A stretch of 64,000 nt of DNA from Candidatus Latescibacterota bacterium (GCA_965215195.1 CBDCDC010000002.1:768001-832000); one strand, 5' to 3'. Counted from the stretch's first letter, positions 1 through 10,883 are shown. The notes: generated by a model from the letters alone, not told the origin. Made by a program: numbers and translations.

Positions 1-839
1 CCCAGCAGGCGGAAGGACTCGGCAAATCCGGGTTCGATTAGGATGGCCCGGCGGAAGCGAGCGGCCGCAGCCGCTAGGTCGTTTTGGCGCATCTGGATCC
101 GCCCCAGTTGCAGATGCGCCTCCGCGTACGTGGTGTCGGCCGCCAGCGTGCGCTCAAAGTACTCGGCCGCTCCCGCGTCGTCGCCCTCTTGCAGCCGAAT
201 CTCCCCCATCGCATAGAGCGCACGTGCGTTCTGCGGCCTTGCCACCAAGACCTGCTGCAGGGCCTCGCTGGCGTCTGCATAGCGGCCCAAGCCCGCGTAC
301 ACCAGCCCGAGGTTGAAGCGGGTGTGGAGGTGTTCGGGCCGCAGCGCCAAGGCGCGCTCGTACTCGTGGGCGGCGTCGCCCAGCCGTCCCTGCTTGCTGT
401 ACACGGCCGCCTTGTTGCGCCGCGCTGGCGCGTACGTTGAGTCCAACGCTAAGGCCGAGGCAAACGCAGCGTGGGCTTCGTCGTAGCGGCTCAGCTTCAG
501 ATGCACATTGCCCAAGGCGACGAGCCATTCAGGCTGGTCGGATTCGAGGGCCACGGCCATTTCGTAGAATTGGGTCGCCTCTTCGGGCCGGCCCAAGGCC
601 AAGTGGATGCGGCCCAGCGTGGCCAGCACCTCGCCCGACTGCGGATGGCGCTTCCGCGCTTGTCCGTACACCGCCAGCGCGTCCGCGTAGCGCTTCTGCT
701 GCAACAGGGCGCGCCCGACCAGCAGCGGATCCTCAACCGGAGGAGGCTGCCCTACAGGCTGCGAGGCCGGAGCTTCCGGCGCGGTCTCGCAGCTAACTAC
801 CAGCGCAACGCCCAGCGCGCATGAAACCCATGTAATCAC
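1..839 (-). CDS. TPR-repeat lipoprotein (3' end runs off the window)
   Basis: Manual translation from GTG at 839, which overlaps the upstream stop (GTGA): MITWVSCALGVALVVSCETAPEAPASQ...GRALLQQKRYADALAVYGQARKRHPQSGEVLATLGRIHLALGRPEEATQFYEMAVALE. This shows a lipobox-like VVSC and TPR helices. Not in the ORF track because it has no stop in the window. Confidence 0.8.
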   Translation of the reverse strand, partial: MITWVSCALGVALVVSCETAPEAPASQPVGQPPPVEDPLLVGRALLQQKRYADALAVYGQARKRHPQSGEVLATLGRIHLALGRPEEATQFYEMAVALESDQPEWLVALGNVHLKLSRYDEAHAAFASALALDSTYAPARRNKAAVYSKQGRLGDAAHEYERALALRPEHLHTRFNLGLVYAGLGRYADASEALQQVLVARPQNARALYAMGEIRLQEGDDAGAAEYFERTLAADTTYAEAHLQLGRIQMRQNDLAAAAARFRRAILIEPGFAESFRLL

Positions 840-2461
840 CGACTTGTACCTTCCTCTATGTCCACGTATTGCCGCCCGGGCAGGGCTTCCACGACTTGGA
901 CGGCACCGGACGGCCAGCGAATCTCGACCCGCTCGGCGACCTCGGCGCTCCCGAGGCCAAAGAGCACGCGCGGGTCGTTCGACGACAGATAGCTCGCGCT
1001 GCGGCGAACCTCGCGCACGAGGGTGCGGCCGCTGGTCGTCAGCGCGATCCGCGCCCCAATGGCGTCGCGGTTGCTCGCCGCACCCCGCAACCTAAGCCCC
1101 AACCATCCACCGACATCTGCGTCGTTGCGCAACAGGGCCGGCCGGTCGTTGGAGTTGTTCACTGCAATATCTAAATCGCCGTCGCCATCGAGGTCGCCAA
1201 AGGCGGCCCCGCGACTGACCTGCACCAGTGCGAGGCCCGGGCCGCGGTCGCCGCGCTCTACAAAAGTGCCCGCGCCGGCGTTTTCCAAAAGCTGATTGCG
1301 CTGCGCGTACTCGGCCGCCCGATCGACCTTTTCCACGTTGTCGTACACGTGGCCATTGGCCACGAATAGGTCGAGGTCGCCGTCGTTGTCCCAGTCGAAA
1401 AATCCCGTGCCAAACCCTAAAAAGGCCATGCTGGCGCGGGTGATGCCCGACGCTGCGGTCGCGTCGGCAAAGAACCCCCCGCCCAAGTTGTTGTACAGGG
1501 TATTGCTCTCCCACTGGAAGTTGGTCACGAACAAATCCAAATCCCCGTCGCCGTCTGCATCGGCCATGTCAACGCCCATCCCGGCCTCAGCGACCCCTGC
1601 GCCGTTGAGGCTGGTGCCGCTGGCCAGCCCCCGATCGACAAAGCGCGCGCCGTCGTTGCGGTAGAGCATGTTGGGCACGAGGTCGTTGGCCAAGTACAGA
1701 TCGGGATCGCCGTCTTGGTCGTAGTCGCCAAAGACGACTCCTAACTCCTTGCCGGCTGTGCTGACCAAGCCGTACTCAGCGGTGCGGTCGGCAAAGGCGC
1801 GGCCCTCGTTGATATAGAGGCGATCAACTTGGCCGTCGAACTTGCGCGGGTCGCAGTAGAGCCGCTCCTCCCTGTTGCCGATCCGGCACACGAGCGGATC
1901 TTCGGTCGGGTAGTCGAGGTAGTTGCCGACGAATAGGTCCAAATCCCCGTCGAGATCCACGTCGGCAAAGGCCGCGCTCGTCCCCCACCCCGGACAGCCG
2001 ACGCCGGTTGTGGCCGTGACGTCGGCAAAGCGGCCTTGTCCGCGATTGTGAAAGAGCGCGTTGGCCCCAAAATTGGTGACGTAGAGGTCGGCGCGGCCGT
2101 CGTTGTCCCAGTCGCCAACGGTCGCGCCCATGCCGTAGCCGCGGTCGCCAACGCCAGCCCGCGCCGTTTGCTCTGAGAAGCGGCCCGCACCGTTGTTGCG
2201 AAAGAGCGCGTTGGCCGCTGCGGGCGCGTTCGATAGATGGGGCAGCCGCCCGGCGTTGACCAAGTAGAGGTCGAGTGCGCCATCGCCGTCGAAATCCAAA
2301 AACGCGGCCCCAGAGCCATAGGTCTCGGGCAAATAGCGCGCACCGGCCGCGCCGCTGCGGTGGACGAAATCGACCCCAGCGGATTGCGCGATATCGACAA
2401 AGCGCGCTTCTGCGGCCGCACTGCAACACAGCATCAAGACCATCGCGTAGCGCCCCTTCAC
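836..2461 (-). CDS. CRTAC1-family protein (FG-GAP/VCBS repeats + ASPIC/UnbV domain)
   Basis: Signal peptide, repeated D-x-D-x-D-G-D-L-D-L-(Y/F)-V motifs, C-terminal NRDAIGARI...SYLSSND.R..FGLG...EIRWPSG. Confidence 0.92.
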   Translation of the reverse strand: MKGRYAMVLMLCCSAAAEARFVDIAQSAGVDFVHRSGAAGARYLPETYGSGAAFLDFDGDGALDLYLVNAGRLPHLSNAPAAANALFRNNGAGRFSEQTARAGVGDRGYGMGATVGDWDNDGRADLYVTNFGANALFHNRGQGRFADVTATTGVGCPGWGTSAAFADVDLDGDLDLFVGNYLDYPTEDPLVCRIGNREERLYCDPRKFDGQVDRLYINEGRAFADRTAEYGLVSTAGKELGVVFGDYDQDGDPDLYLANDLVPNMLYRNDGARFVDRGLASGTSLNGAGVAEAGMGVDMADADGDGDLDLFVTNFQWESNTLYNNLGGGFFADATAASGITRASMAFLGFGTGFFDWDNDGDLDLFVANGHVYDNVEKVDRAAEYAQRNQLLENAGAGTFVERGDRGPGLALVQVSRGAAFGDLDGDGDLDIAVNNSNDRPALLRNDADVGGWLGLRLRGAASNRDAIGARIALTTSGRTLVREVRRSASYLSSNDPRVLFGLGSAEVAERVEIRWPSGAVQVVEALPGRQYVDIEEGTSR

Positions 2462-4149
2462 GGCCCCGGCCTCGGCACCGGCCCAAACCCCTCGGCGACA
2501 AGGCCTGCGCCGCGCCGGATAGTGACCAGCCGGTTGCCCTCCACCCGGTCGATGCGCTCCTCCACCCCATCGGGCCAGCGCACCACGAGACCGTCGGCCG
2601 CAGTCGCCTCCCCCAAGCCGAAGTGCAGCCGCAGGTCGTCCTGTGACAGGTAGCCCGTGCCCGCGCGCACCTCCCGCATCTGCACCGCGCCATTCACCGA
2701 TACTGCAACTCGCGCACCAATGGCGTCCGCATTGCCTCCAGCGCCGAGCAGCCTCACCATCAGATAGTTGTGGCGATTGCCCCCGTCGTTGCGCAGCAAG
2801 GTCGGGGTGTCGTCGATATTGACCACCACAATGTCCAAGTCGCCGTCGTTGTCCAAATCCCCGAAGGCCGAGCCGCGACTCGACTTTTCCACTGCTAGGC
2901 CCGGGCCCGCGGCCGCACTGACCTCGGCAAAGGCGCCGCCGCGATTTTCAAACAGGTGGTTGCGCTGGGCGTAGCGGGTCCCCAAGTCGCGGCGGTCAAC
3001 AGCCGGGTACACGTGGCCGTTGGCCACGAACAGGTCGTCGTCGCCATCGTTGTCGCAATCGAAAAAACCCGTGCCCCACCCTAAAGAACTAATGCTTGCA
3101 CGGCCCAAGACCGAACTGAAACTGGCGTCGGTAAAAAACCCCCGGCCATTGTTCTCGTAGAGCGCGTTGTTGTCGTGCGAGAAATTGGTGACGAAGAGGT
3201 CGAAATCGCCGTCGCGATCGTAGTCGCCGCCGGCCAAGCCCATGCCGCCCTGTTCGCGGCCGTCCTCGCTGTACGCGGTCGCCGACAGGAGCGCTACGTC
3301 CGCAAACGCACCGCGGTCGTTGCGATAGAGTACATTCGGCGTCGAATCATTGGCAATGTAGATGTCCAAGTCGCCATCCCCATCCCAATCTCCAGCCAGC
3401 GCGGCAAAACCATAGTACTCGTAATCGGCAATGCCAACCGCCGCACTCGCCTCGGCAAAGGTCCAACCCGCGCCGGGGCCATCGTTGCGATAGAATCGAT
3501 CCCGCTCGCCCGGCATCCCGCGCGGGCCGCAGAATACGTCCAGCCCGCGCCAAGTGCAATAGCTCGGATCAACCGGGCGAAACGCCGGGTCAAAGTCGAT
3601 GTAATTGGCCAAGTAAAAGTCCAAGTCGCCGTCGAGGTCGTAGTCGCCAAAGGCCGCAGACGAGCTCCAGCCGCCAAAATCCACGCCCCGCTCAGCGGCC
3701 ACATCGACAAACGTGCCATCGCCCTCGTTTTCGTACAGGGCATTGGGGCCGTAGTTGGCCAAGTACAGATCGGGCCACCCGTCGGCATTGTAGTCGGCCG
3801 CCGCCGCGCCCATGCCCCAGCCCGCGTGGGCGACGCCAGCCTCGCGGCCAACGCCGGTAAAGCACCAAGCGCCTTCATTGCGATACAGCTCGGCGCGGGG
3901 TGCGCGGCCCGGGGCGTACCCGGCGAGGCGCGTACCGTTGACGATAAAGATATCCACGTCTCCGTCTAAGTCGTAGTCTAAAAGGGCCGTCCCGCCCGTG
4001 TTACATTCGACGATGTGCTCTTTTTGCGGCGTTCCAGATACTGTGCGCAAGCGAACGCCCGCTTCGTCAGCCACATCCACGAAAACGGGCCGCACCTCCT
4101 CGCTCCCGCACCCGACCAACGCCCAAATCGCGGCTAGTGCAAACCGCAT
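2458..4149 (-). CDS. CRTAC1-family protein (FG-GAP repeats + ASPIC/UnbV), probable lipoprotein
   Basis: LVGC lipobox, DxDxDGDLD repeats, C-terminal AIGARV...GYLSQDDLRLHFGLG...VRWPDG. Confidence 0.92.
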   Translation of the reverse strand: MRFALAAIWALVGCGSEEVRPVFVDVADEAGVRLRTVSGTPQKEHIVECNTGGTALLDYDLDGDVDIFIVNGTRLAGYAPGRAPRAELYRNEGAWCFTGVGREAGVAHAGWGMGAAAADYNADGWPDLYLANYGPNALYENEGDGTFVDVAAERGVDFGGWSSSAAFGDYDLDGDLDFYLANYIDFDPAFRPVDPSYCTWRGLDVFCGPRGMPGERDRFYRNDGPGAGWTFAEASAAVGIADYEYYGFAALAGDWDGDGDLDIYIANDSTPNVLYRNDRGAFADVALLSATAYSEDGREQGGMGLAGGDYDRDGDFDLFVTNFSHDNNALYENNGRGFFTDASFSSVLGRASISSLGWGTGFFDCDNDGDDDLFVANGHVYPAVDRRDLGTRYAQRNHLFENRGGAFAEVSAAAGPGLAVEKSSRGSAFGDLDNDGDLDIVVVNIDDTPTLLRNDGGNRHNYLMVRLLGAGGNADAIGARVAVSVNGAVQMREVRAGTGYLSQDDLRLHFGLGEATAADGLVVRWPDGVEERIDRVEGNRLVTIRRGAGLVAEGFGPVPRPGP

Positions 4150-4150
4150 T

Positions 4151-5395
4151 TTACTGTTGCGCCCTCAACGCCGCAGCCTCGGCGCGCGCTGCGCGGCCCT
4201 CTGCCACGCGGCCCTGCTGGATCAGGGCGGTGCCCAAGCCTTCGAGGGCCGAGGCCATGCTCCCGTCGAGAGCTAAGGCGCGGCCAAACGCGAGGGCCGC
4301 GGCCTCGTACTCGCCGAGGGCCAAGCTGTTGTTGCCTAGGTTTTCAAAGGCCAAGGCGTAGTCGGGCTTGTGGCGCACCGCACGCAGCAAGAAGGGCCGG
4401 GCAACCGCGTGTCGCTCTTGCTGCGAGTAGATCACCCCGATGTTGTGGCTGGCCTCCGCGTAGGTGGAATCGAGGGCCAAGGCCGCCTCGAATTGCTCAA
4501 GAGCCGCTGCTAGCTCCTTTCGGCGCAAATAAACCAGTCCCAAGTTGAAGTGCGTGGCCACCCGCTTGTCGTCCGCCAGCGGCACGGCCTGGCGATAGAG
4601 CAAGCGGCGGTAGTGATCCTCGTCCATGGTCGCGCTACTCAACTGCTGAAAAAGCTCGATCATCCGCGCCCCCTCAGCGACGCGGTCCAAGCGCGCATAG
4701 AGCGTACCCAAGCTGTAATAGGCCGAGGTGTACCCCGGGTCTGCGGCGATAGTCCGCTCCATGGCCGCCATGGCCTGCAGATCGTCCTGCAAGCGCAAGT
4801 AGATCAGCGCCAAGTAGTAGTGGGCGTGGGCCAAGCCGGGGTCGAGCTCAATCGCCTTGCGCAGCGCAGTCTTGGCGTTTTCATTGTCGCCGCGCGAACA
4901 CAGCACAAAGCCCAACACGAAGTGCCCATAGCCGCTCTGCCCGGCCAGTTGCAGTCCCTTTTCAGCCATTGCAATGGCCTTTGCGTACCCGTCGCCGCGC
5001 TCGTTGTACAGCAGCGCCAAGGCCCAGTATACCTCGGCAAAGGCCGGCGCTTTTTCGAGTGCATGCTTAAAGGCGGCTATGGCCTCGCTCTTGCGATGCT
5101 CCTTGGCGAGGGCAACCCCGAGGTAGTAGTGGGCATCCACGTCGTCGGGCGCGGCCGCGACCCGCTCGGACAGCACGGCGACGGCGCGGCGCGTGCGGTC
5201 CTTTTGCAGGTAGAGCCACCCCAAGGTCAAGAGCACCTCTGGGTCTGCGGGGTTTTGCTCGTAAGCGCGCTGGTAGAACGCGAGGGGCTGGGGCGCAGCA
5301 GGCTTTTTGAGGACGTGGCGTTCCGGGGAACCGCAGCCGATCCCTCCGAGGAGGCCGACCAGCCCTATCCACATCACGGCAAGGCGCATGTCCAT
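4151..5395 (-). CDS. TPR-repeat lipoprotein
   Basis: Start moved to the MDMRLAV ATG (5395, or 5389). Hydrophobic signal with GIGC, then many TPR units (AHYYLGVAL, THFNLGLVY, ASHNIGVIY). Confidence 0.85.
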   Translation of the reverse strand: MDMRLAVMWIGLVGLLGGIGCGSPERHVLKKPAAPQPLAFYQRAYEQNPADPEVLLTLGWLYLQKDRTRRAVAVLSERVAAAPDDVDAHYYLGVALAKEHRKSEAIAAFKHALEKAPAFAEVYWALALLYNERGDGYAKAIAMAEKGLQLAGQSGYGHFVLGFVLCSRGDNENAKTALRKAIELDPGLAHAHYYLALIYLRLQDDLQAMAAMERTIAADPGYTSAYYSLGTLYARLDRVAEGARMIELFQQLSSATMDEDHYRRLLYRQAVPLADDKRVATHFNLGLVYLRRKELAAALEQFEAALALDSTYAEASHNIGVIYSQQERHAVARPFLLRAVRHKPDYALAFENLGNNSLALGEYEAAALAFGRALALDGSMASALEGLGTALIQQGRVAEGRAARAEAAALRAQQ

Positions 5396-5474
5396 GTTGT
5401 TGGGCAGTAAAGCGCCCGGCATCTCCGCTAGAGAACGCCGGGCGCTTTGGATCCACAAGGAAATAGTGCCGCCC

Positions 5475-8105
5475 CTACTCTTGGAGACCCGCGAAGACCC
5501 GAACGAAGAGCAGGGAGTTGGTTTCGGTCGCTTCGGCAAAGGCCCGGCGCTCCCAGCGAAAGCCCGTGTTCATGGTCAGCGAATAGCCGAGATACGCCGA
5601 CTTGTTGGAAAGCTGCAAGGCCAGCACCGAGCCCGTGAAGTCATCGACGTACCCGGGCGGTAAAATTTCCGGGCGCTCTTCGAGGTTGCGGAAGAGGTTG
5701 AGCTCAACGCCGTATTCGATAAAGGTCCCGGGCAGGATGAAGTACTTCGAGGTCAGCATGTAAAACTGCGACCACTCGGTGATGTCGAGATCGGTGCTAA
5801 AGGTCGGGTTGATCTTGCGGAAAACGCTCTTGTAACGCGGCCAGAAAGACAGGTTGTCGGTAATCGGCAGCGGATAATCTACCTTGTTGATCGCGCCAAA
5901 AAAGAGGCGGTCGTCTTTGACCTCGGCCTGCTCGCCGCGCTGCCTAAACCAATCGTACTTCACTTTGTTGTAGATGTTCAGGTTTTGCAGGCGCAGGTAA
6001 TCGAACGTCAGATAGCCGGTCCAGACAAAGGTGTCTTGGGCGATCAGGGGGTCGATGGTTTCGCGGAATCCATCTGGATCGACCCATTGGATCACATCGT
6101 CTTCAATGTCGTCTTGCACCGAGCGGGCGTATTGGAAAGCCCGGGCCTCAATACCAGGCCAGCTCCACTGGCCGGTGAGTACCGCATAGCTCATCTGCGC
6201 ACTGCGCTTGGAGCTTGTTTCGTCGGCTGCGGAGTAGCCTACCGTCATCTTGATGGCTTCGGTCAAGTGAACGCCGCCGTACACGTTGTACCCATCGCGA
6301 TCGTGCCGGTAGGGGTAGTCGGCTAAGGTATCGTTCTCAAAGCGGTCGATGACGTTGTTGTTGTTCATGTCAACGCCAAAGAGGAACTCGGGCGGATCGA
6401 TGTTGTAGCGCAGAAACGGCTCGGCGAAATCCGGCTGGCCGTTGTCGTTTTGGTTGAAGTCCGAGATGAAGTCCGCGTTCTCGTCGTACCCAGGGAAGAC
6501 CTGCGGGTCGGCTGCGCCGCCGGTGCCAAAAGGCGATTCGCGAAAGACGAAGTCGCCGTTTTGCCACAGGCGTTTCCAGTCGGCAAAGCGGTCTTGGTCG
6601 TCGTTGTCGTCAACCGCCTCAAAGGAATAGCGCTCTGGATGTTCGTAGTCGATAAAACCCCGCGCATCCGAGATAAACGCATTGGTCTGGTATTCGGGCT
6701 CTAGGCGGTAGAATTCTCCGTACGCGAAGAACGGATACGCGTCCTGTGAAGCCGTGAGGTAGTAGGCCAAGCCATCGTCTTGGGCGAGGGTGTGATCTTG
6801 GAAGTTCTGGTTGGGAAAGCGGCGAAACGCCCGGCTGAGGGCAATCTCCGAGCGCATATTAAAGCCCTTAATATCGTCTATGTCGAAGTTGAGGCCGATG
6901 ATGTCCTTGCCGGTGGGCAGGCCGTATTCAAAGCGGATGAAGCGCTGATTGGAGCCATCGCTGACGTTGCCGTGGGCGCGCTCAACCTCCAAGAACACCG
7001 GCTCGCCTTGGGCGTTGACTTGGAGATTTGAGGTGATCTCGATTCGGTAGTCGTTGGCGATGACCAACTCAAACTCAATTTCGCGGATCTCCTGAAACGT
7101 GGTGATCTCGTCGTCGGGCTGTTGGCGGAAATCGCGGGCGATGTTGTAGGTCAGCTCCAACGTTTCGGCCCCATTGGCCTCGATGACGCCGGCGCGCCGC
7201 ACCCCGCCGCGCGGCGAGGGGACGATTTCGGGGTGATCGACTCCGTCGATGATAATGCGCTCGGCAAAAAGCTGGGCACCGCCTACGCCGTCTTCGGGCG
7301 AATCGTCGGACAGCCGCAGGACGATGGTCTCGACGTTGCCGCCGTTTTGGGCTTCGGTCAACACGCCTTTGAGCGAGTTGTCGCCCAGTTTGCGACCTGT
7401 GGAGAAGTTGGCAATGTTCAGATAGGTAAAGCCCAGTTTGGAGAAATCCCCGAGTTGCACTTTAGTGTGCGCACCGAAGAGATTCGTCATGTCGCCTAAA
7501 ATTTGGCCGATCGAGCTTTCATTATCTACGCGCGTACCCGGGGAGGCCAAGCGCGATGCCAAGAGAGTCATCTGGTACTTGTCGGCGGCAAAGTCCCACT
7601 GCACCCCATTGAAGGTTGGCTTGGAAAAGGTCAGGGGCGTCAGGGTGGTGCGCAGGGCCTCGCCAATGGTCATTGACGAGTAAAACTGCCCCTTGGACAT
7701 GGCCGAGACGAGCACACTGTTAAACCACGACGAATACTTAGGTCCTTTGCGCACCGTGCTGCCCGAAGTCACTGGACTATCGACCGACCAGTTGTACACC
7801 TCAAAGCCGCGCGTGATGTAGTTGCCGTACAGGTCGTAGGTGCGAAATCCCTCTAGCTCGGTCGCTACGTAGCGCTCGTAGTTTTGGCGGGCGTAATTGC
7901 TGTATTCTTCGCCAGTCCAGCGATAGAATTGGTACAGGCTTTGCGGATACTGCCACTTCCGCTGCGCCGGCGTCATCGCCATCTCATAGACATCCACGCC
8001 GCGCGGTTCGCGTCCGGTGAGAAACCCGACCCGTTGGGCAAAAGCCGCATCGCACAGGAGTGCGACGCCGGCTGTGACAACTGCTGCGTAGAGCATGCGA
8101 CTCAC
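5475..8105 (-). CDS. Large secreted/outer-membrane protein with Ca-binding Dx[DN]xD loops and beta-strand-rich C-terminus
   Basis: Signal peptide (AFAQ), motifs DDNDDQDRFAD, DENADFISDFNQNDNGQPD and DMNNNNVID, amphipathic aromatic strands ending LLFVRVFAGLQE. Function unknown. Confidence 0.7.
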   Translation of the reverse strand: MSRMLYAAVVTAGVALLCDAAFAQRVGFLTGREPRGVDVYEMAMTPAQRKWQYPQSLYQFYRWTGEEYSNYARQNYERYVATELEGFRTYDLYGNYITRGFEVYNWSVDSPVTSGSTVRKGPKYSSWFNSVLVSAMSKGQFYSSMTIGEALRTTLTPLTFSKPTFNGVQWDFAADKYQMTLLASRLASPGTRVDNESSIGQILGDMTNLFGAHTKVQLGDFSKLGFTYLNIANFSTGRKLGDNSLKGVLTEAQNGGNVETIVLRLSDDSPEDGVGGAQLFAERIIIDGVDHPEIVPSPRGGVRRAGVIEANGAETLELTYNIARDFRQQPDDEITTFQEIREIEFELVIANDYRIEITSNLQVNAQGEPVFLEVERAHGNVSDGSNQRFIRFEYGLPTGKDIIGLNFDIDDIKGFNMRSEIALSRAFRRFPNQNFQDHTLAQDDGLAYYLTASQDAYPFFAYGEFYRLEPEYQTNAFISDARGFIDYEHPERYSFEAVDDNDDQDRFADWKRLWQNGDFVFRESPFGTGGAADPQVFPGYDENADFISDFNQNDNGQPDFAEPFLRYNIDPPEFLFGVDMNNNNVIDRFENDTLADYPYRHDRDGYNVYGGVHLTEAIKMTVGYSAADETSSKRSAQMSYAVLTGQWSWPGIEARAFQYARSVQDDIEDDVIQWVDPDGFRETIDPLIAQDTFVWTGYLTFDYLRLQNLNIYNKVKYDWFRQRGEQAEVKDDRLFFGAINKVDYPLPITDNLSFWPRYKSVFRKINPTFSTDLDITEWSQFYMLTSKYFILPGTFIEYGVELNLFRNLEERPEILPPGYVDDFTGSVLALQLSNKSAYLGYSLTMNTGFRWERRAFAEATETNSLLFVRVFAGLQE

Positions 8106-8144
8106 GCTGGAATCCTCCCTTTTGGATTTTTGCCGATCAGCACA

Positions 8145-10100
8145 TCAATAGGCCACGCCGACGACGCCAACCCGCCTGAAGTTGCCGATCCCGCTGTCAA
8201 CCGAGAGCGAGACCACGTAACTGCCCGGGGGCACGGCCTCGTCGGCATCGCTGCGCCCATCCCACATCTCGGTGTAAATCCCGCCGATCTGCTCGCGGTC
8301 GGCCAGCACGCGCACCAGCCGCCCCGCCAAGTCGTAAATGGCGACCTCAATGGGCTTGGGCTCGGAAATCTGAATTACGGTGTACTGGATGGCGATGCGG
8401 TCGTTGATGCCATCGCCATTCGGGGTGAAGACCGCGGGATTAAACTCTATGGCGCGGACGATTTCGCCCACGGATTTCTGGGTCAGGGCCACGCGCAACG
8501 AGTTGGTGCTGACGGCGAAATTGGCATCGCCTTCGAGTACGGGCTGGCCGAGAATATCGGACTGAGTATCCCAGACCGTGCCGGTGAAAATCGTGCCGAA
8601 TACCACAGCCGATCCCTCGAAGAGCACGCGCAGCGGCACATTGTTGTCAAAGGTTATCTTGTTACTGGTGAAAATCACTTCGAGGCTTCTATCGCCCGCG
8701 CTCACGCGATCCGCCTCCACGGGCACGAGCGGATCGCCCATCTGCAAGCCGACAAAGCGCACCGGCGTCGGCGTGTCGATGCGCAAGGCATCAAAGCCGT
8801 TCTGGTTGGCATTGCTGATTACGGCCCGCACGTCATAGGCGAAGAGCACCTCTTCACCCCCGTCGATACTCGGCAGCACAACCGCATCGTCTTTGTCGAT
8901 TACGCCGATGTCGGCCGGCGGATTGGGCTCATCGGCCAAGGAGATCTCGCCGACGACCGCCGCGGCCGGGGGCAGCGAATGCTCAATCCGCAATGAGTCG
9001 ATGCGCACCGTCTGGGTCACGGATTGGCTCTCCATGACGATCTGTAGCTGAAAATAGGGACGCGGGCTAGGCAGGGGGATCAATTGCCCGGATTCGAGCG
9101 GCAACGACCAAGGGCTCCAGTTATCGGAGTCGTCCTCAATGTCGCCCTTCTGGCCCGAGGGCAGCTTGTTGTAATCTGCTTCCGAGACCACCACTTGGCT
9201 CACGGCCCGCGTTTCGTTGTCAATGACCTTTTGGAAGTGAACCAGCGGGCTGTCGTCTTGGCCTGTCTTCATGCGCACCGCAACCGAGGTCTGCCCCTGA
9301 TCTGGCAGCTCGATCAACTCGCCTTCTACCAGTTCCAGAGCGCGCTGGGCCCAAGCGATGGTGCCGTAGTTGGAGACCTCGCCCAAGTCGATGACTTGGC
9401 TCCGATACGTGGCCCGCGGCACGAAGCCGTTGCCGTAGAGCTCAAATTCGGCGATCTCAAAGGGATTCCGCGACCCGACCCGCAGCAGAATAAAGCGAAT
9501 GAACTGCTGGGGGAATTTCATGGTGAAGACGCTGTTGGAGTTAATCGGAATATCGCGCAGCAAGGTGAAGAGCGGCTGCTCGTTCACATAGGTCAGCCCG
9601 TCGCTGACGGAAATCCGGTGCTTGCGGACAAAGTCGGCGCTAAAGGGCTTGCCGTTGGCGTACGTCCCCTCCTGCCGGGGAAAGAAGACCAAGCTGTCGG
9701 CTGGCACGCGCGAGCCCATATCTAAAAAGAACGTGCGCCCGTCTTGATCGACGCCCGCGGTTTTGAAGAGGTCTGCGGTACTCGTGGTGTCGTCGCCATC
9801 GACGATCGACAACGAAATGGAATTCTTAGCCGCGGTATTGTCCCACAGGGCCGCATTGCCCTCGCTGACCAAGTCGTTGGGCTTGCCGTATTTCCAAGAG
9901 AGTGAGGTGATGATGTTCTCGTCGGGCGTAAAGCCGCGGATCTGAATCGCGCCCGAGCTGCTCTCGTCGTCGATCTGGGCGCGGACCTGCACGAGCTCCC
10001 CCCAAGGAAACCCATGCCCCCCGAGCACCCATTCGTCGGCGGCGAGCCCCTGCGCACAGACGCACAACAGCGCCGCAATGCGGGCCGTCCGCGGATTCAT
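8145..10100 (-). CDS. Secreted protein with C-terminal CHU_C/FlgD-Ig-like domain
   Basis: Signal peptide, discoidin-like segment (RFILLRV...FEIAEFELYG), C-terminal FTPNGDGIND...IYDLAGRLVRVL...WDGRSDADEAVPPGSY. Confidence 0.78.
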   Translation of the reverse strand: MNPRTARIAALLCVCAQGLAADEWVLGGHGFPWGELVQVRAQIDDESSSGAIQIRGFTPDENIITSLSWKYGKPNDLVSEGNAALWDNTAAKNSISLSIVDGDDTTSTADLFKTAGVDQDGRTFFLDMGSRVPADSLVFFPRQEGTYANGKPFSADFVRKHRISVSDGLTYVNEQPLFTLLRDIPINSNSVFTMKFPQQFIRFILLRVGSRNPFEIAEFELYGNGFVPRATYRSQVIDLGEVSNYGTIAWAQRALELVEGELIELPDQGQTSVAVRMKTGQDDSPLVHFQKVIDNETRAVSQVVVSEADYNKLPSGQKGDIEDDSDNWSPWSLPLESGQLIPLPSPRPYFQLQIVMESQSVTQTVRIDSLRIEHSLPPAAAVVGEISLADEPNPPADIGVIDKDDAVVLPSIDGGEEVLFAYDVRAVISNANQNGFDALRIDTPTPVRFVGLQMGDPLVPVEADRVSAGDRSLEVIFTSNKITFDNNVPLRVLFEGSAVVFGTIFTGTVWDTQSDILGQPVLEGDANFAVSTNSLRVALTQKSVGEIVRAIEFNPAVFTPNGDGINDRIAIQYTVIQISEPKPIEVAIYDLAGRLVRVLADREQIGGIYTEMWDGRSDADEAVPPGSYVVSLSVDSGIGNFRRVGVVGVAY

Positions 10101-10846
10101 TACGGCGTCTCCGCACGGGGATGAAGCGCGTAGTAAACTTCGCGTTGGAATTTGAATGCTAGATCAATGGTCTCCACCGGTTCGCCCTTGTAGTCGAAGC
10201 GCAAGGCCATGTCCGGCACGTTGACGGTGAAGTTACTCACGTCTCGGTGCAAAACCGGAAAGACGATGTACCCGGCTGACTCCTGGCCGGAAAAGACCAT
10301 GTCGGGCGGATAGACGGTGCGTTTGAGCAGGTCGGTGGTAGCCTCAAACTGCTGCCGCTGGTTGCCGGCATACGCCCGCAGATACGGGCTGAAGTGATCT
10401 TCGAGCAGTCCGCTGTCGAGCGCGTTGTACACTCGGTTGTTCGACGCAACGATCGCGAGCGCCTTGGGATCGATGAAAACCTTGGGATACTCGTAGTTTT
10501 TGACCTTCAGCAAAACCACGGTAAAGCGCTCTGGGGTCCAGTCTTGGCCCCAAGGCTTCCAATTGCCATAGGTGTATGGATTGGTCGATTCAGCGCCCTT
10601 CCGCGAATCGGCCGCAAACTGGCGGTTGAGGAATCCGTCATCCAACACCTGCAGCGAGATCTCCAAGCGATCTTTGGCATAGACGATCGCGCCGTCGTCG
10701 AGGACGGTCATGGCCTCGTCTTGTTGCGGAACGGGCTCGGGGAACGTTGCAAAGCGCCGCAGCCCCACCTGCGAGATGCACCCGGCAAGCACAAACAGAT
10801 AAAGGGCCGACAAAAGCCCGCTCGTTGCGATGTTCCGTATCCTCAT
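10100..10846 (-). CDS. Hypothetical lipoprotein
   Basis: ATG at 10846 after AGGAAGG; signal ending in the LAGC lipobox. Confidence 0.75.
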   Translation of the reverse strand: MRIRNIATSGLLSALYLFVLAGCISQVGLRRFATFPEPVPQQDEAMTVLDDGAIVYAKDRLEISLQVLDDGFLNRQFAADSRKGAESTNPYTYGNWKPWGQDWTPERFTVVLLKVKNYEYPKVFIDPKALAIVASNNRVYNALDSGLLEDHFSPYLRAYAGNQRQQFEATTDLLKRTVYPPDMVFSGQESAGYIVFPVLHRDVSNFTVNVPDMALRFDYKGEPVETIDLAFKFQREVYYALHPRAETP

Positions 10847-10883
10847 TGAGAATGCCTTCCTGAAAGCGGTGCAGCGGCGATAG